NCBI GenBank assembly: GCA_040767085.1
Contig: JAXGPF010000004.1
Location: 32,001 to 96,000 of the forward strand
From: Kiritimatiellia bacterium
GTDB taxonomy: Bacteria; Verrucomicrobiota; Kiritimatiellia; JAAZAB01
DNA: 64,000 nucleotides
Direction of reading: 5' to 3'
Shown in pieces: positions 50,680 through 60,263 of this stretch (position 1 is its first letter; each line of letters starts with the position of its first letter). The notes beneath the pieces are model-generated. The model ran no database searches. It saw nothing but the letters and a program-made list of their open reading frames with translations, and was not told where the DNA came from. Both the position numbers and the translations under genes were made by a program.

Positions 50680-50737
50680 TGCCTTAAACCACAGTAACTG
50701 CCCAAAAATTGGAGGGCAGTTACTGTAGTTTAAGGCA
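50680..50737. repeat. Long palindrome (24-bp arms, 1 mismatch, 10-nt loop)
   Basis: TGCCTTAAACCACAGTAACTGCCC-AAAAATTGGA-GGGCAGTTACTGTAGTTTAAGGCA. Confidence 0.9.
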
Positions 50738-51049
50738 TGGTGAAGGGGAAGGCGACAGGTAAAGGTGCAGTTAGCCCGCAAGCGGGCCAGATGATTCCGG
50801 ATTGGTTCCGGATCAAATTACACATTCACCACCTCACAGGAGGATGGCAAGCTTGTAGCCTGAACCGGCCGGCGGTATTCGGCTGCTTGGGCTTGGCGGG
50901 GCTGTGTCCGCCGAAGCCTTGGCGCAGGAGGATGGCCGCAGGCCGAAATGTAATATCCGCTCTTGGCGTTCCTGGCGTCCTGGCGGTGAAATGTGCCTCG
51001 CCAATAAGCCTGATTGAATTTAGAAAACAGGAAAGCAGGAAAATATTTT

Positions 51050-51943
51050 ATGCCAGGCAAAAAGAGCATATTTCACTTCAAATCAGGTAAATGGTATTTG
51101 CAAGCTGCGCCGGATGACGGCGCGCGCATTACCCGCCTGGCCTATGACGGATTCGATTTGCTGACTCCGGCGCCGTCCCGGTTCCGGCCGCCTAAACGGG
51201 ACTACGGCCTTTACGAAACGCGGCCTGTTGGCGGATATGACGATTGTTTTCCCAGCGTGGAAACCTGCCGGTTTCCCGGCCGGAACTGGCGAGTGCCCGA
51301 CCATGGCGAATTATGCTGGCTGCCATGGACGGTGCAACCGGCACGCGGCGGCCTGCGGTTTACCGTTCAATCGCAAAGGCTGCCGCTGACTTTCAGCCGT
51401 ACCATGATATTTTCTGAAAACCGGCTGACCTGGCAATTCGAGGTCAAGTCTGGGGCACGCGGGGCGCTTCCCTTCCAGCACATCATGCATCCGCTGATGC
51501 CGCTGGATCAAATTTACATTGCCGGATCGAAATTGCCGCCTTGCGGAATTATTTATGATGAAACCAGTAAAAAGCCTTTAAAACGGGTGCAAGCCGCGCG
51601 ATCCGGCAGCGCCGGCATACGCGCTATTCTGGAATCAATCAAGCCCGGCGAATTCAGGATGCTGATTTTAAGAAACGTAAAATCTGGAAATTTCATCCTG
51701 GCTTTTAAGAACGGGATATGTTTAAAAGTAAAATTCCCCCGAAAATATTTTAATTCACTGGGCATCTGGTGGAATAATCGCGGATATCCGGATGAGCCGG
51801 GCATTCGACGCTGCGAATGCGCATTCGAGCCCATCCCGGGACCAGCCAGTTCCCTGGCGCGCTCCGTCCGCTCCGGCGATGACATGATCGTTCTACCAGG
51901 ACAAAACCTGGCATGGAATGTTGTATGGGAAATAACAAGATAA
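51050..51943 (+). CDS. Aldose 1-epimerase/galactose mutarotase-like protein
   Basis: GARITRL, GGYDDCFPSV, PDHGELCWLPW, HIMHP, GIWWN, AFEP. Confidence 0.75.
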   Translation: MPGKKSIFHFKSGKWYLQAAPDDGARITRLAYDGFDLLTPAPSRFRPPKRDYGLYETRPVGGYDDCFPSVETCRFPGRNWRVPDHGELCWLPWTVQPARGGLRFTVQSQRLPLTFSRTMIFSENRLTWQFEVKSGARGALPFQHIMHPLMPLDQIYIAGSKLPPCGIIYDETSKKPLKRVQAARSGSAGIRAILESIKPGEFRMLILRNVKSGNFILAFKNGICLKVKFPRKYFNSLGIWWNNRGYPDEPGIRRCECAFEPIPGPASSLARSVRSGDDMIVLPGQNLAWNVVWEITR

Positions 51944-52257
51944 GGTTTTAAGGTGTTACGTTTTAAGGTGTTAAGGCCCAGTCAACTTTTCTTGGTGTAT
52001 TATACAAGGTTTTAAGGTGTTACGTTTTAAGGTGTTAAGGCCCAGTCATCTTTCCACTGGTGTATCATACAAGGTTTTAAGGTGTTACGTTTTAAGGTGT
52101 TAAGGCCCAGTCATCTTTCCTTGGTGTATTATACAAGGTTTTAAGGTGTTACGTTTTAAGGTGTTAAGGCCCAGTCATCTTTCCTTGGTGTATTATACAA
52201 GGTTTTAAGGTGTTACGTTTTAAGGTGTTAAGGCCCAGTCATCTTTCCACTGGTGTA
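51942..52257 (+). repeat. Tandem repeat, 5 copies of a 64-65 bp unit (left arm of the four-helix-bundle element)
   Basis: Units start at 51942, 52006, 52071, 52135, 52199; consensus AAGGTTTTAAGGTGTTACGTTTTAAGGTGTTAAGGCCCAGTCATCTTTCCTTGGTGTATTATAC; last copy truncated. Confidence 0.95.
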
Positions 52258-52259
52258 AA

Positions 52260-52610
52260 ATGAGTTATCAATCATTTGAAGATTTGGAGGTTTGGAAAAA
52301 TTCATGCCGACTGGCTGTCAATATTTATAAAGAGATGAAAGATTGCAAAGATTATGGATTGAAAGACCAAATGACCCGCGCCGCGGTTTCAATCCCATCA
52401 AATATTGCCGAAGGTGCTGAAAGGAACAGTCGGCAGGATTTTATCCGTTTTTTACATATAGCCAAAAGTTCGGCTGGCGAGCTGCGAACACAGATTTATA
52501 TTGCCGAACAAATTCAAATAATATCAAAGGAAACAGCCGATGATCTGGTGGGCAAATTAAAGAAAATATCCGCCATGCTTCACAACCTAATTAAATCCTT
52601 AACACCCTAA
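52260..52610 (+). CDS. Four helix bundle protein (23S rRNA intervening-sequence protein family)
   Basis: SFEDLEVWK..YGLKDQMTRAAVSIPSNIAEGAER..FIRFLHIAKSSAGELRTQ; AT-rich relative to flanks. Confidence 0.93.
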   Translation: MSYQSFEDLEVWKNSCRLAVNIYKEMKDCKDYGLKDQMTRAAVSIPSNIAEGAERNSRQDFIRFLHIAKSSAGELRTQIYIAEQIQIISKETADDLVGKLKKISAMLHNLIKSLTP

Positions 52611-52696
52611 CACCCTAACACCTTAACACCCTAAAACCCTAACACCTTAACACCCTAACACCCTAAAACCTTAAAACCTTATCCCCCTATCCCCCT
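52601..52696 (+). repeat. Octamer array (10 x AA[C/A]ACC[C/T]T plus 2 x ATCCCCCT), right arm, inverted relative to the left arm
   Basis: Read directly; starts within the last codons of the four-helix-bundle gene and ends at the ATG of the aldolase. Confidence 0.93.
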
Positions 52697-53611
52697 ATGA
52701 CTTCTATTAATGAAATCGTGCGCCAGGCCTGGCGCGAAGGATGGACTGTCCCGGGATTCAACATCCCCTACCTGCCCATGATGCAGCCGGTCGTCAATGC
52801 CCTGCGTGACTGCAACAGCTTCGGCTTGATCATGGTGGCCCGGCTGGAGTGGATGAAATTCCAGGCCGGCAGCATCGAAGCCGTGCGGGATGAGTATGCC
52901 CGCGTCGGCGATCCGCGCCATACCCGGCTGCACCTGGATCACGTGCCGGTGATTGATGAAGACCGCCAGCGGGTGGATTACCTGGCCGACATCCGCCGCG
53001 CCATCAAGGCGGGGTACAACTCGGTCATGGTGGACGGCTCGCGTCTGCCGCTGGCTGGAAATGCCGCCTGCGCCAAAAAAGTGGTCGAACTGGCGCATGC
53101 CGCCGGCGTGGCCGTCGAAGCCGAACTGGGCGCCATCATGGGGCATGAAGCGGGGCCGCTGCCTCCGTACGATGAATTGTTCGAGTCCGGGCAAGGCTTC
53201 ACCGATCCGGATGAAGCCCGCCGCTTCGTGGCAAGCACCGGCGTGGACTGGCTGTCCGTGGCCGTGGGCAGCGTCCATGGCGCCATCAGCGTCGCCACGC
53301 GGGATCGTCCGAAAGTGGCGGCGCGGCTGAACATCCGGCACCTGGCTCAAGTGCGCCAGGCGGCGGACGTGCCGCTGGTGCTGCACGGCGGCACGGGCAT
53401 CCGCAAGGAATACATCATGGATGCCATCCGCAACGGTATCGCCAAGATCAACGTGGCCACAGCCTTGCGCCAGCCTTACGAAAAACACCTGCCGGAATCA
53501 CCGGAGAAGGCCTTGGATGCCGTTTATGCGGCAGCCTGCAAGGTCATCCGCGAAGACCTGGAAATTGCCGGCACCGCGGAACGACTGGTTGCGTCTCCAG
53601 GTGGCCACTGA
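52697..53611 (+). CDS. Class II fructose/tagatose-bisphosphate aldolase family protein
   Basis: LHLDH, SVMVDGS, VEAELG, AVGSVHG, LVLHGGTG, KINVAT. Confidence 0.9.
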   Translation: MTSINEIVRQAWREGWTVPGFNIPYLPMMQPVVNALRDCNSFGLIMVARLEWMKFQAGSIEAVRDEYARVGDPRHTRLHLDHVPVIDEDRQRVDYLADIRRAIKAGYNSVMVDGSRLPLAGNAACAKKVVELAHAAGVAVEAELGAIMGHEAGPLPPYDELFESGQGFTDPDEARRFVASTGVDWLSVAVGSVHGAISVATRDRPKVAARLNIRHLAQVRQAADVPLVLHGGTGIRKEYIMDAIRNGIAKINVATALRQPYEKHLPESPEKALDAVYAAACKVIREDLEIAGTAERLVASPGGH

Positions 53612-53866
53612 AATAAAGCAAACGAATATCTCTCACAAAGACACCAAGGCGCAAAGAAGATGAGGATAATTTACCACGGAGCAGGATGAGCGGATGGAGG
53701 GATTAGCTGACCGCTAAGCGTTTACCGGCTGGCGCGGCAATGCTCAACGATCTTATAATTTTGTGTATTTTTGCGGCTTATACTCTCTCTGATCCGGGTA
53801 CTCAAGCGTAGCGGGTGGTCCAAAATTCAAATGAGTTGCGCGCGCCGGCAATGAGGAGAATAATTC

Positions 53867-55381
53867 ATGAATTTATACATGGGATTGGACATTGGCACCA
53901 GCGGCTGCAAGGCGGCGGTATTCGATGCCGAAGGCCGGTTGCAGGCCTTGGCCCGCCGGACCTACGCCCTGCATTTCACCCCTGACGGCGGAGCGGAGTT
54001 GGATGCCGCCGCGGTCATGCAAGCATGCCGGGCGGCCGTCGCCGAAGCGGCGCGCGGCAGGACGGCGAATATCCGGGCCCTGGCCGTATCGAGCCAGGGG
54101 GAAGCTTTTACCCCGCTTGACGCGGATGGGCAGCCGTTGTGTCCGGCCATGGTTTCTTCCGACACCCGCGCGGCTGGCGAGGTGGCGCGGGAACTGCCGG
54201 GCATGGACCAGGCAAGGTTATATGCAATCACCGGCCATACCCCCCACCCCATGTTCACCCTCTACAAAATGCTCTGGCTGCGCGCCAACCGGCCGGGAAT
54301 CTGGCAAAGCGCCGCCAGGTTTCTGTGCTTTGAGGATTTGCTGCACCATCAGCTCGGACTTGATCCCGCCATCAGCTGGCCGCTGGCCGGGCGCACCATG
54401 ATGTTCGATGTCCGGAAGCATGCCTGGAGCGCGCCGATCCTGGATTTGGCCGGATTGACGCCGGAGCAACTCGCCCGGCCCATGCAATCCGGCGCCATCG
54501 TCGGCGCCGTGAATGACAAGCTAGCCGCCGGCTGGGGCTTGCCGCCCGGCGTACTCGTCGCCGCCGGCGGCCATGACCAACCCTGCTCCGCGCTGGGCGC
54601 AGGAGCGACCGAATCCGGCTCGGCCATGTATGCCACCGGCACGGTGGATTGCATTACCCCCGCTTTTGCCAAACCGGTCTTCAGCGCCAGCCTCATGCGC
54701 GCGAATTTATGTACTTACGATCATGCCGCGCCAGGATTATACGCCACGATCGCCGTCAACCTGACTGGCGGCAATGCCCTGCAATGGTTTCATGACGAAT
54801 TCGGCCACCCCGAACGGGCCGCCGCCCGCGCCGGCGGCCGGGACGCCTACGAATTGTTGCTGGAAACCGCGGCGGCATCCTCATCGTCATTGCTGGCGCT
54901 GCCATATCTGGCGCCTGCCGGCACACCGTATTTTGACACGGTAACACCCGGCGCAGTGATGGGATTGCGCCTGACCACCAAGCGCGGCGACATCCTGCGC
55001 GCGCTGCTGGAAGGATTGGCGCTGGAAATGCGCCTGAATCTCGAAATCCTGGCGGAGGCCGGCGTTCCGGTCGAAAACCTGCGCGCCGTCGGCGGCGGCG
55101 CCCGTTCGGACTGGTGGAACCAACTCAAGGCGGATGCGGTCAACCGGCCGGTGATCGTCCCGGATGTGACCGAGGCCGGCTGCCTGGGCGCAGCCATGCT
55201 GGCCTGCGCCGCGCATACCGGCGCCGATACAGCCGCGCTGGCCAAATCCTGGGTGCGCCCCCGCAAGGAGTTCGCGCCGCGCCAGGACGCCGCGGCATTC
55301 TATACCGCCCGCTACGCGGCCTACCGCAACCTTTATCCCGCCCTGCGCGATTTTACCCGCCAGCAGAAGCTTGATCAGTAA
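53867..55381 (+). CDS. FGGY-family carbohydrate kinase (xylulokinase-like)
   Basis: GLDIGTSGCKA, GGHDQ, ATGT, LPYL, VGGGARS..WNQLKAD. Confidence 0.9.
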   Translation: MNLYMGLDIGTSGCKAAVFDAEGRLQALARRTYALHFTPDGGAELDAAAVMQACRAAVAEAARGRTANIRALAVSSQGEAFTPLDADGQPLCPAMVSSDTRAAGEVARELPGMDQARLYAITGHTPHPMFTLYKMLWLRANRPGIWQSAARFLCFEDLLHHQLGLDPAISWPLAGRTMMFDVRKHAWSAPILDLAGLTPEQLARPMQSGAIVGAVNDKLAAGWGLPPGVLVAAGGHDQPCSALGAGATESGSAMYATGTVDCITPAFAKPVFSASLMRANLCTYDHAAPGLYATIAVNLTGGNALQWFHDEFGHPERAAARAGGRDAYELLLETAAASSSSLLALPYLAPAGTPYFDTVTPGAVMGLRLTTKRGDILRALLEGLALEMRLNLEILAEAGVPVENLRAVGGGARSDWWNQLKADAVNRPVIVPDVTEAGCLGAAMLACAAHTGADTAALAKSWVRPRKEFAPRQDAAAFYTARYAAYRNLYPALRDFTRQQKLDQ

Positions 55382-55415
55382 CAGGACGGCAGAATGCCGC
55401 CTCCCCGCCGTTAAA

Positions 55416-56315
55416 ATGAAACATGCTTACACATCCGGACAAGTGTTCTGGCCCGGCCGCGTTGAAAAAACGCCTTTCAATGTTTCCGTCGAACACCCGC
55501 TCTGCGTGATCTCCCACCGGTTCCGGGAACGCATCACCGCGCAGTTCGACATGCACTCCGGCTTGGAACTCGGTGTAATCCTGGCCGGCGCCATGCGCCG
55601 GTATTGGCAGGGCCACGCGATCACCGCAGGCCCGGGCGAAATGTGGGTTTGCGGCATGTGGGAGCCGCACGGCTGGGCGGTAACCCGCGCGCCATGCCAG
55701 GCCGTGGTGCTGATCGTCGATCCCTCGTTCCTGCTGCGCGCCGGCCGGGAAATAGCCGGTAAAATCAACTGGCTGGCGCCGTTCCGCGCCGCGCCGGCTG
55801 ACCGCCCGCGCCTGCCGCGCCGCCGGCGCGCCCAAGCCGCACAATTGGCGCGGGAATTGTTCAACCCGGCATATGCCGGCCGCCCGGTGGACGGTAATGC
55901 GCTGGACCGTGTGAAGCTGCTGGAATTGATGCTGCTGATCCCCCCGGGCTCCGCCCGGCCGGAATATCACGCGGATGAAATGCTCGCCCGCGTTGACCAG
56001 GCGGTCCAATTGATATTTAGCTCCCAGAAATATATCTCAACCCAGGCCGCGGCCCGCCATTGCGCCATGAGCCGCAACGCCTTTGCCGGGCTGTTTCAAC
56101 AGGCGATGGGATTGTCTTTCGCCGAATTCGCCTTGCGCTACAGGGTCAGCGGCGCGGCGCGCGCCATGTTGACGCGCGGCTTATCCGCCAAATGCATCGC
56201 CGCCGAATGGGGCTTCGCCGATCCGAGCCATTTTTACCGGTGTTTCCGGAAGTACCACCATTGCTCCCCCACCGCATGGATGCTGCATCACCATTCTGCA
56301 TCTCATCCGGGTTGA
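55416..56315 (+). CDS. AraC-family transcriptional regulator
   Basis: Cupin-like N-terminus (DMHSGLELG, WEPHG) and C-terminal IAAEWGFADPSHFYRCFRK..SP. Confidence 0.88.
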   Translation: MKHAYTSGQVFWPGRVEKTPFNVSVEHPLCVISHRFRERITAQFDMHSGLELGVILAGAMRRYWQGHAITAGPGEMWVCGMWEPHGWAVTRAPCQAVVLIVDPSFLLRAGREIAGKINWLAPFRAAPADRPRLPRRRRAQAAQLARELFNPAYAGRPVDGNALDRVKLLELMLLIPPGSARPEYHADEMLARVDQAVQLIFSSQKYISTQAAARHCAMSRNAFAGLFQQAMGLSFAEFALRYRVSGAARAMLTRGLSAKCIAAEWGFADPSHFYRCFRKYHHCSPTAWMLHHHSASHPG

Positions 56316-56540
56316 TGCTGAATAATCCGTTGCCTGATGTCCGATCGGCCCAGCTTGCGGGCCAACCACATCCAGTTGCTACGGGACAAACCGGCACTTC
56401 CCGCCTGCACTTGCACCATGGTTTGAAACTGCAGATGCTAACCTCCTTTTTTCTTGTTTTTTGGGGCAGGTACTGTATTAAGTCACTAACCAGGGCCGGC
56501 TGCCGCCGTCTGAGATCCAACCGAAGCAACAAGGAATCCC

Positions 56541-59500
56541 ATGATCAGGCATGACCAACTGCATCATACCGTCTTTGCAGATGACTTTTCCCGCGCGCTG
56601 GACGATGCCTATCCCGCCGGGTGGGTCTGCGAAAATGACTGCGAACAGCCCTTCCGGCAGGGCGTGGTCAAGGATGGCGCATTCCATATCTGCCCGGCCA
56701 GCCATACCAATAAACACCTGCCGTTGACTCCGCCACTGGCGGATTTCCGCCTGGAATTGTCGGTCGCCGGCAATCCGTTTTTTTCAACCGCCGGACTGGA
56801 CATTTATTTTCGCTATGACCGCGAGACGCGGCGGGGGCTTCTCTTGCGCTATGCCTGGGGCATTTGCGGCGGGCAAACCCATTATGCCCAAAAACCGGTC
56901 CCGGAATATGTCTGCGCCTTGCTCGCATATGACGGTACGCGCCCGGCCGGCAAGCGCAAACTGCTGGCGGAACAGAAAACCGGCGGATTTCTGGCGGACT
57001 TGAACCGGACGCAGGCGCTAATTTTGTCGGTGGAGGAAAACCGCATCGTTTTCCAGCACGACGGGGTGACAGTTTTCGAAAACGCATTGGCTGCCGCTTC
57101 CGCTGCGCCGCCGGCGGGCATGCTGGCATTGAGCCGCGCCGACAAAGCCGGCGACCTGTCCGTCCGGAAAATCGCCATCCAGGCCCATGCCGCGCCGGAC
57201 CGCGCCATCATCCGCCCGGAGACCAAAACGGAATTCCCCGCCGAAATACACGGAATAATCTCTCCTTTTTACTTCCACGTGACGGCCGCACGCGAGCCGG
57301 GACGCGTCAGGCTGCGCCTGAAATTGACGGGCGGCCCGTCCAAAACTCCGGTTTATCCCGACATTGACCGCCAGCGCTTCAACGAAAAAATGATCAATCC
57401 CTACGTCCGTATCGAAGACGGAAATGGGCATGAAGTGGGTAAATATTTGATTTTCCGCGGGACGGTCGGCCTGGATGCGTTCCATTGGAATACCGCCTGC
57501 TCCGTCTGGGAGCACGCGGACGCCGCTTGCCCGTTGGAGCGGGAAGTGTTCCTCGAGGCGCTGCCGGAGCGCGCCGCCATTTTTATCGGCTACGATTATT
57601 ACATGGCGGAAGACTCGATTTGCAACCAGGGCGGGCCCGCCGAGGCGCTGATTGACGGCCAGGGCGGAGTCGTATGGGCCGGGCGCGCCCTGTATCAGGG
57701 CGGCGTGCAAATGGAAGTTCAATCTCCCGCCGAGAAGGAAATTTGCCGGCGGATTCCGCATGATATCCATGATTACCAGGGCGCGCTGACATTCGCCCGC
57801 CGCAATCATTTTTTCATCAAAGGGGAGCCTGTCAAATTCCAGGTCCGCGCGGCCAGCCGCGACGCCACCCTGGAAAAATCCATGCTGCGCGCGGTTGTCC
57901 AGTTAGAAAATGTCTTCGGCGAGCCGGCTGGCAAGCCTTTTAAGGTTCCGTTCCGCCGGAGCGCGCCCATGCCCGGATTCCCCGGGGCGCTGGAATATCT
58001 TACCGCTTGGTTCGACTTCCCGGACCTTGACGTGGGCGTGTATCATGTCCGCGTCCGCCTGGCCGGCGCCGGCGGCAACATGGAAGTGCGCCGGGCCTTC
58101 GAAGTCATGCCGGAAAACCCCGCGGATAAATCCGCGCCGCTGGTTTCAGGACTGCCGGAACTGTATCCGAATATTCTCTCGGGAATCAAGAACGAGCATT
58201 TCCATCCCTGGGGCGGGCTGGTGGCGGATACCGCCCACTACAACAGCGGCGGGAACAACTATTTCAAAGTGGCGCGCGCATGGAACGCGCCGGATTTGCT
58301 GCACGCCTACGGCCGGAAGTTCAATTGCTGGCTCAAATCCTGGTGCAATGTTTTCGAAGAAAAGGGGATTGAACCCAACCGCGATTTGATCGAAAAAAGC
58401 GATGGCGCGCATATAACCCTCTCCCGGTTCCGCGACGGCGATTTGTGGGGCATCCAGCGCTACCGCGATCCGCGCCGGTTTGCGCTGTTGATCGAATTCC
58501 TGCACAGCGGACGATTCCGTCCCGCGCCGGAAGGCCTGCTCAACCCCGATATGCTGGAAAGACGCGGCGCGCCCGAAGGCTTGACTGCCGCCGAGTATGC
58601 CGCACTGACGCAACACCATTGGAAGGAATGGATCCTTTTCGCCAGCGCAAAGACCGCGGAAGAATACCGCCGCCGGCACGACCGGATTAAAGCCATCAAT
58701 CCGGATTGCGAACCGCTGGTCCATGGCGGCGCCATTCCCGCCTATGCCTGCGGATACAAGACGGGGTATTTTTCCCTCAATTCCGCCTACGACCTGCGCG
58801 GCGACATCCCGCGGACGATCCCCGGACCGAACTCGTTCGAGGATTATCCGTTCTCCTCGGGCTATCCCATCGCCCGCGGCATCTGCCACCTGGCGGCCGC
58901 CAAGCTCGAAGCACCTCACCTGCGCCTCCTGCCGGAAGTTTTCGGCATTAACGGCGAAACACGCGATGGCCGCGTGGTGCTGGCCAATCCGCCCTATGGC
59001 CGCTCCGACCCGCCGCCAGGATTTTTTATCAAAATGTTTTACGAATACAGTTTTGCCGCCGTCTGGTTCGATGCGCAAAAATTCCGGTTCTGGAACGACC
59101 ATGGCTATCACGCCAAGACCTGGGATCGCGAAAATTACGAAGAAATGCTGCAGGCCTATGCGTTCATCGCGCGCGTCAAACCCGACCGGCCGCCGCGGAC
59201 GACGGCTTTCTGTTACAGCCGCGCCGCCTGCCTCGCACATCCGGAATACTTCGAGGAGGACGATGATTTTATCTTTCCCGGCGTGGCGCCGGCCAATCCG
59301 GCCGAGGAAGCAACCGCTTATGCCTATGAACAGGCGCGCCTGGCCGGCCAGCAGAACGGCTTTTTCATGCGGCTCGAGGATTGCGCCGGGCTGAAACCCG
59401 GCGACGCGGACCTGCTGGTGATTCCGCCGTTATGCGGCGTTGACGCCGAAACCAAGGCGCATATACGCAATCTGCACCGGCAGGGCGTCGCCATCCTTGG

Positions 59501-60122
59501 TTTCTGGAACGCGGAAGGATTGGAAGACATTTTCGGCGTGGAACCCGCGCCGGCGGTCAAGGCGTCGCGCATCGTTCCCGCCGGCCGCGCCAGGACGGCC
59601 CTGGGCGAGGCGGCGGAGCGGACCGATCACGAGCTATGTCTCATCCGGCACCGGACCACTGCCGCCGAAACGCTGCTGGCCGACGCCTCGGGCGCGCCGG
59701 TGCTGGTTCTGAACGAGACGCCCGGCGGTAAGGCCGCATTTTTCACGCTGCCGCCCATGTTCGTCAAGCGCTCGCGCACGCCCATGGTTTATGGCCAGCG
59801 CAGCAACAGCCGGCTGATGAACCGGGCCGCCGCCTGGATTCAGGAAATCCTGGGCAGCAAGACTGTCGCGACTACCGCGGGAACCTTGATCGCCTTTGAG
59901 GATGCCGGACGCAACCTCCACGCAATCGTTTCCGAAGACCGCTGCCCTCTGCCCGGCCGGCCGATCCGGCCGCTGGTCCGGATCAATCTGCCGGGATTAT
60001 CCGCGCGGCGGATCGCGTCCGACAGGGAATATGAGATTACAGCGATCAGGAAGCAACACGCCCTGCTGCGCTTTACCCTCGCGCCCTACGAATCGGCGCG
60101 GATCAAAATCGTCCCGGAATGA
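56541..60122 (+). CDS. Large hypothetical protein, possibly carbohydrate-active
   Basis: 1193-aa open frame with SD AAGGA; lectin-like-looking N-terminus and C-terminal segment resembling GH42 trimerisation domains (weak). Confidence 0.6.
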   Translation: MIRHDQLHHTVFADDFSRALDDAYPAGWVCENDCEQPFRQGVVKDGAFHICPASHTNKHLPLTPPLADFRLELSVAGNPFFSTAGLDIYFRYDRETRRGLLLRYAWGICGGQTHYAQKPVPEYVCALLAYDGTRPAGKRKLLAEQKTGGFLADLNRTQALILSVEENRIVFQHDGVTVFENALAAASAAPPAGMLALSRADKAGDLSVRKIAIQAHAAPDRAIIRPETKTEFPAEIHGIISPFYFHVTAAREPGRVRLRLKLTGGPSKTPVYPDIDRQRFNEKMINPYVRIEDGNGHEVGKYLIFRGTVGLDAFHWNTACSVWEHADAACPLEREVFLEALPERAAIFIGYDYYMAEDSICNQGGPAEALIDGQGGVVWAGRALYQGGVQMEVQSPAEKEICRRIPHDIHDYQGALTFARRNHFFIKGEPVKFQVRAASRDATLEKSMLRAVVQLENVFGEPAGKPFKVPFRRSAPMPGFPGALEYLTAWFDFPDLDVGVYHVRVRLAGAGGNMEVRRAFEVMPENPADKSAPLVSGLPELYPNILSGIKNEHFHPWGGLVADTAHYNSGGNNYFKVARAWNAPDLLHAYGRKFNCWLKSWCNVFEEKGIEPNRDLIEKSDGAHITLSRFRDGDLWGIQRYRDPRRFALLIEFLHSGRFRPAPEGLLNPDMLERRGAPEGLTAAEYAALTQHHWKEWILFASAKTAEEYRRRHDRIKAINPDCEPLVHGGAIPAYACGYKTGYFSLNSAYDLRGDIPRTIPGPNSFEDYPFSSGYPIARGICHLAAAKLEAPHLRLLPEVFGINGETRDGRVVLANPPYGRSDPPPGFFIKMFYEYSFAAVWFDAQKFRFWNDHGYHAKTWDRENYEEMLQAYAFIARVKPDRPPRTTAFCYSRAACLAHPEYFEEDDDFIFPGVAPANPAEEATAYAYEQARLAGQQNGFFMRLEDCAGLKPGDADLLVIPPLCGVDAETKAHIRNLHRQGVAILGFWNAEGLEDIFGVEPAPAVKASRIVPAGRARTALGEAAERTDHELCLIRHRTTAAETLLADASGAPVLVLNETPGGKAAFFTLPPMFVKRSRTPMVYGQRSNSRLMNRAAAWIQEILGSKTVATTAGTLIAFEDAGRNLHAIVSEDRCPLPGRPIRPLVRINLPGLSARRIASDREYEITAIRKQHALLRFTLAPYESARIKIVPE

Positions 60123-60178
60123 TATGCAGGACCGGCGAACCGAGCAAACGCAAGGGACAAGGAGTTCCAAGCCAGGGC

Positions 60179-60263
60179 TGGTGGTGGGGGGACGATTCGA
60201 ACGTCCGAAGGCATAGCCAACAGATTTACAGTCTGCCCCGGTTGACCACTTCGGTACCCCACC
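60179..60263 (-). tRNA. tRNA-Tyr(GTA)
   Basis: GGTGGGG acceptor, anticodon arm GCAGA-CTGTAAA-TCTGT, long variable arm, GTTCGAATC, CCA. Confidence 0.96.

Noticed and set aside
51942-52257. CRISPR array
   Set aside because: The would-be spacers are near-identical and no cas genes are in the window; it is a tandem repeat
52260-52610. Diversity-generating retroelement (Avd-like protein)
   Set aside because: No reverse transcriptase or TR/VR pair with adenine-specific mismatches was seen
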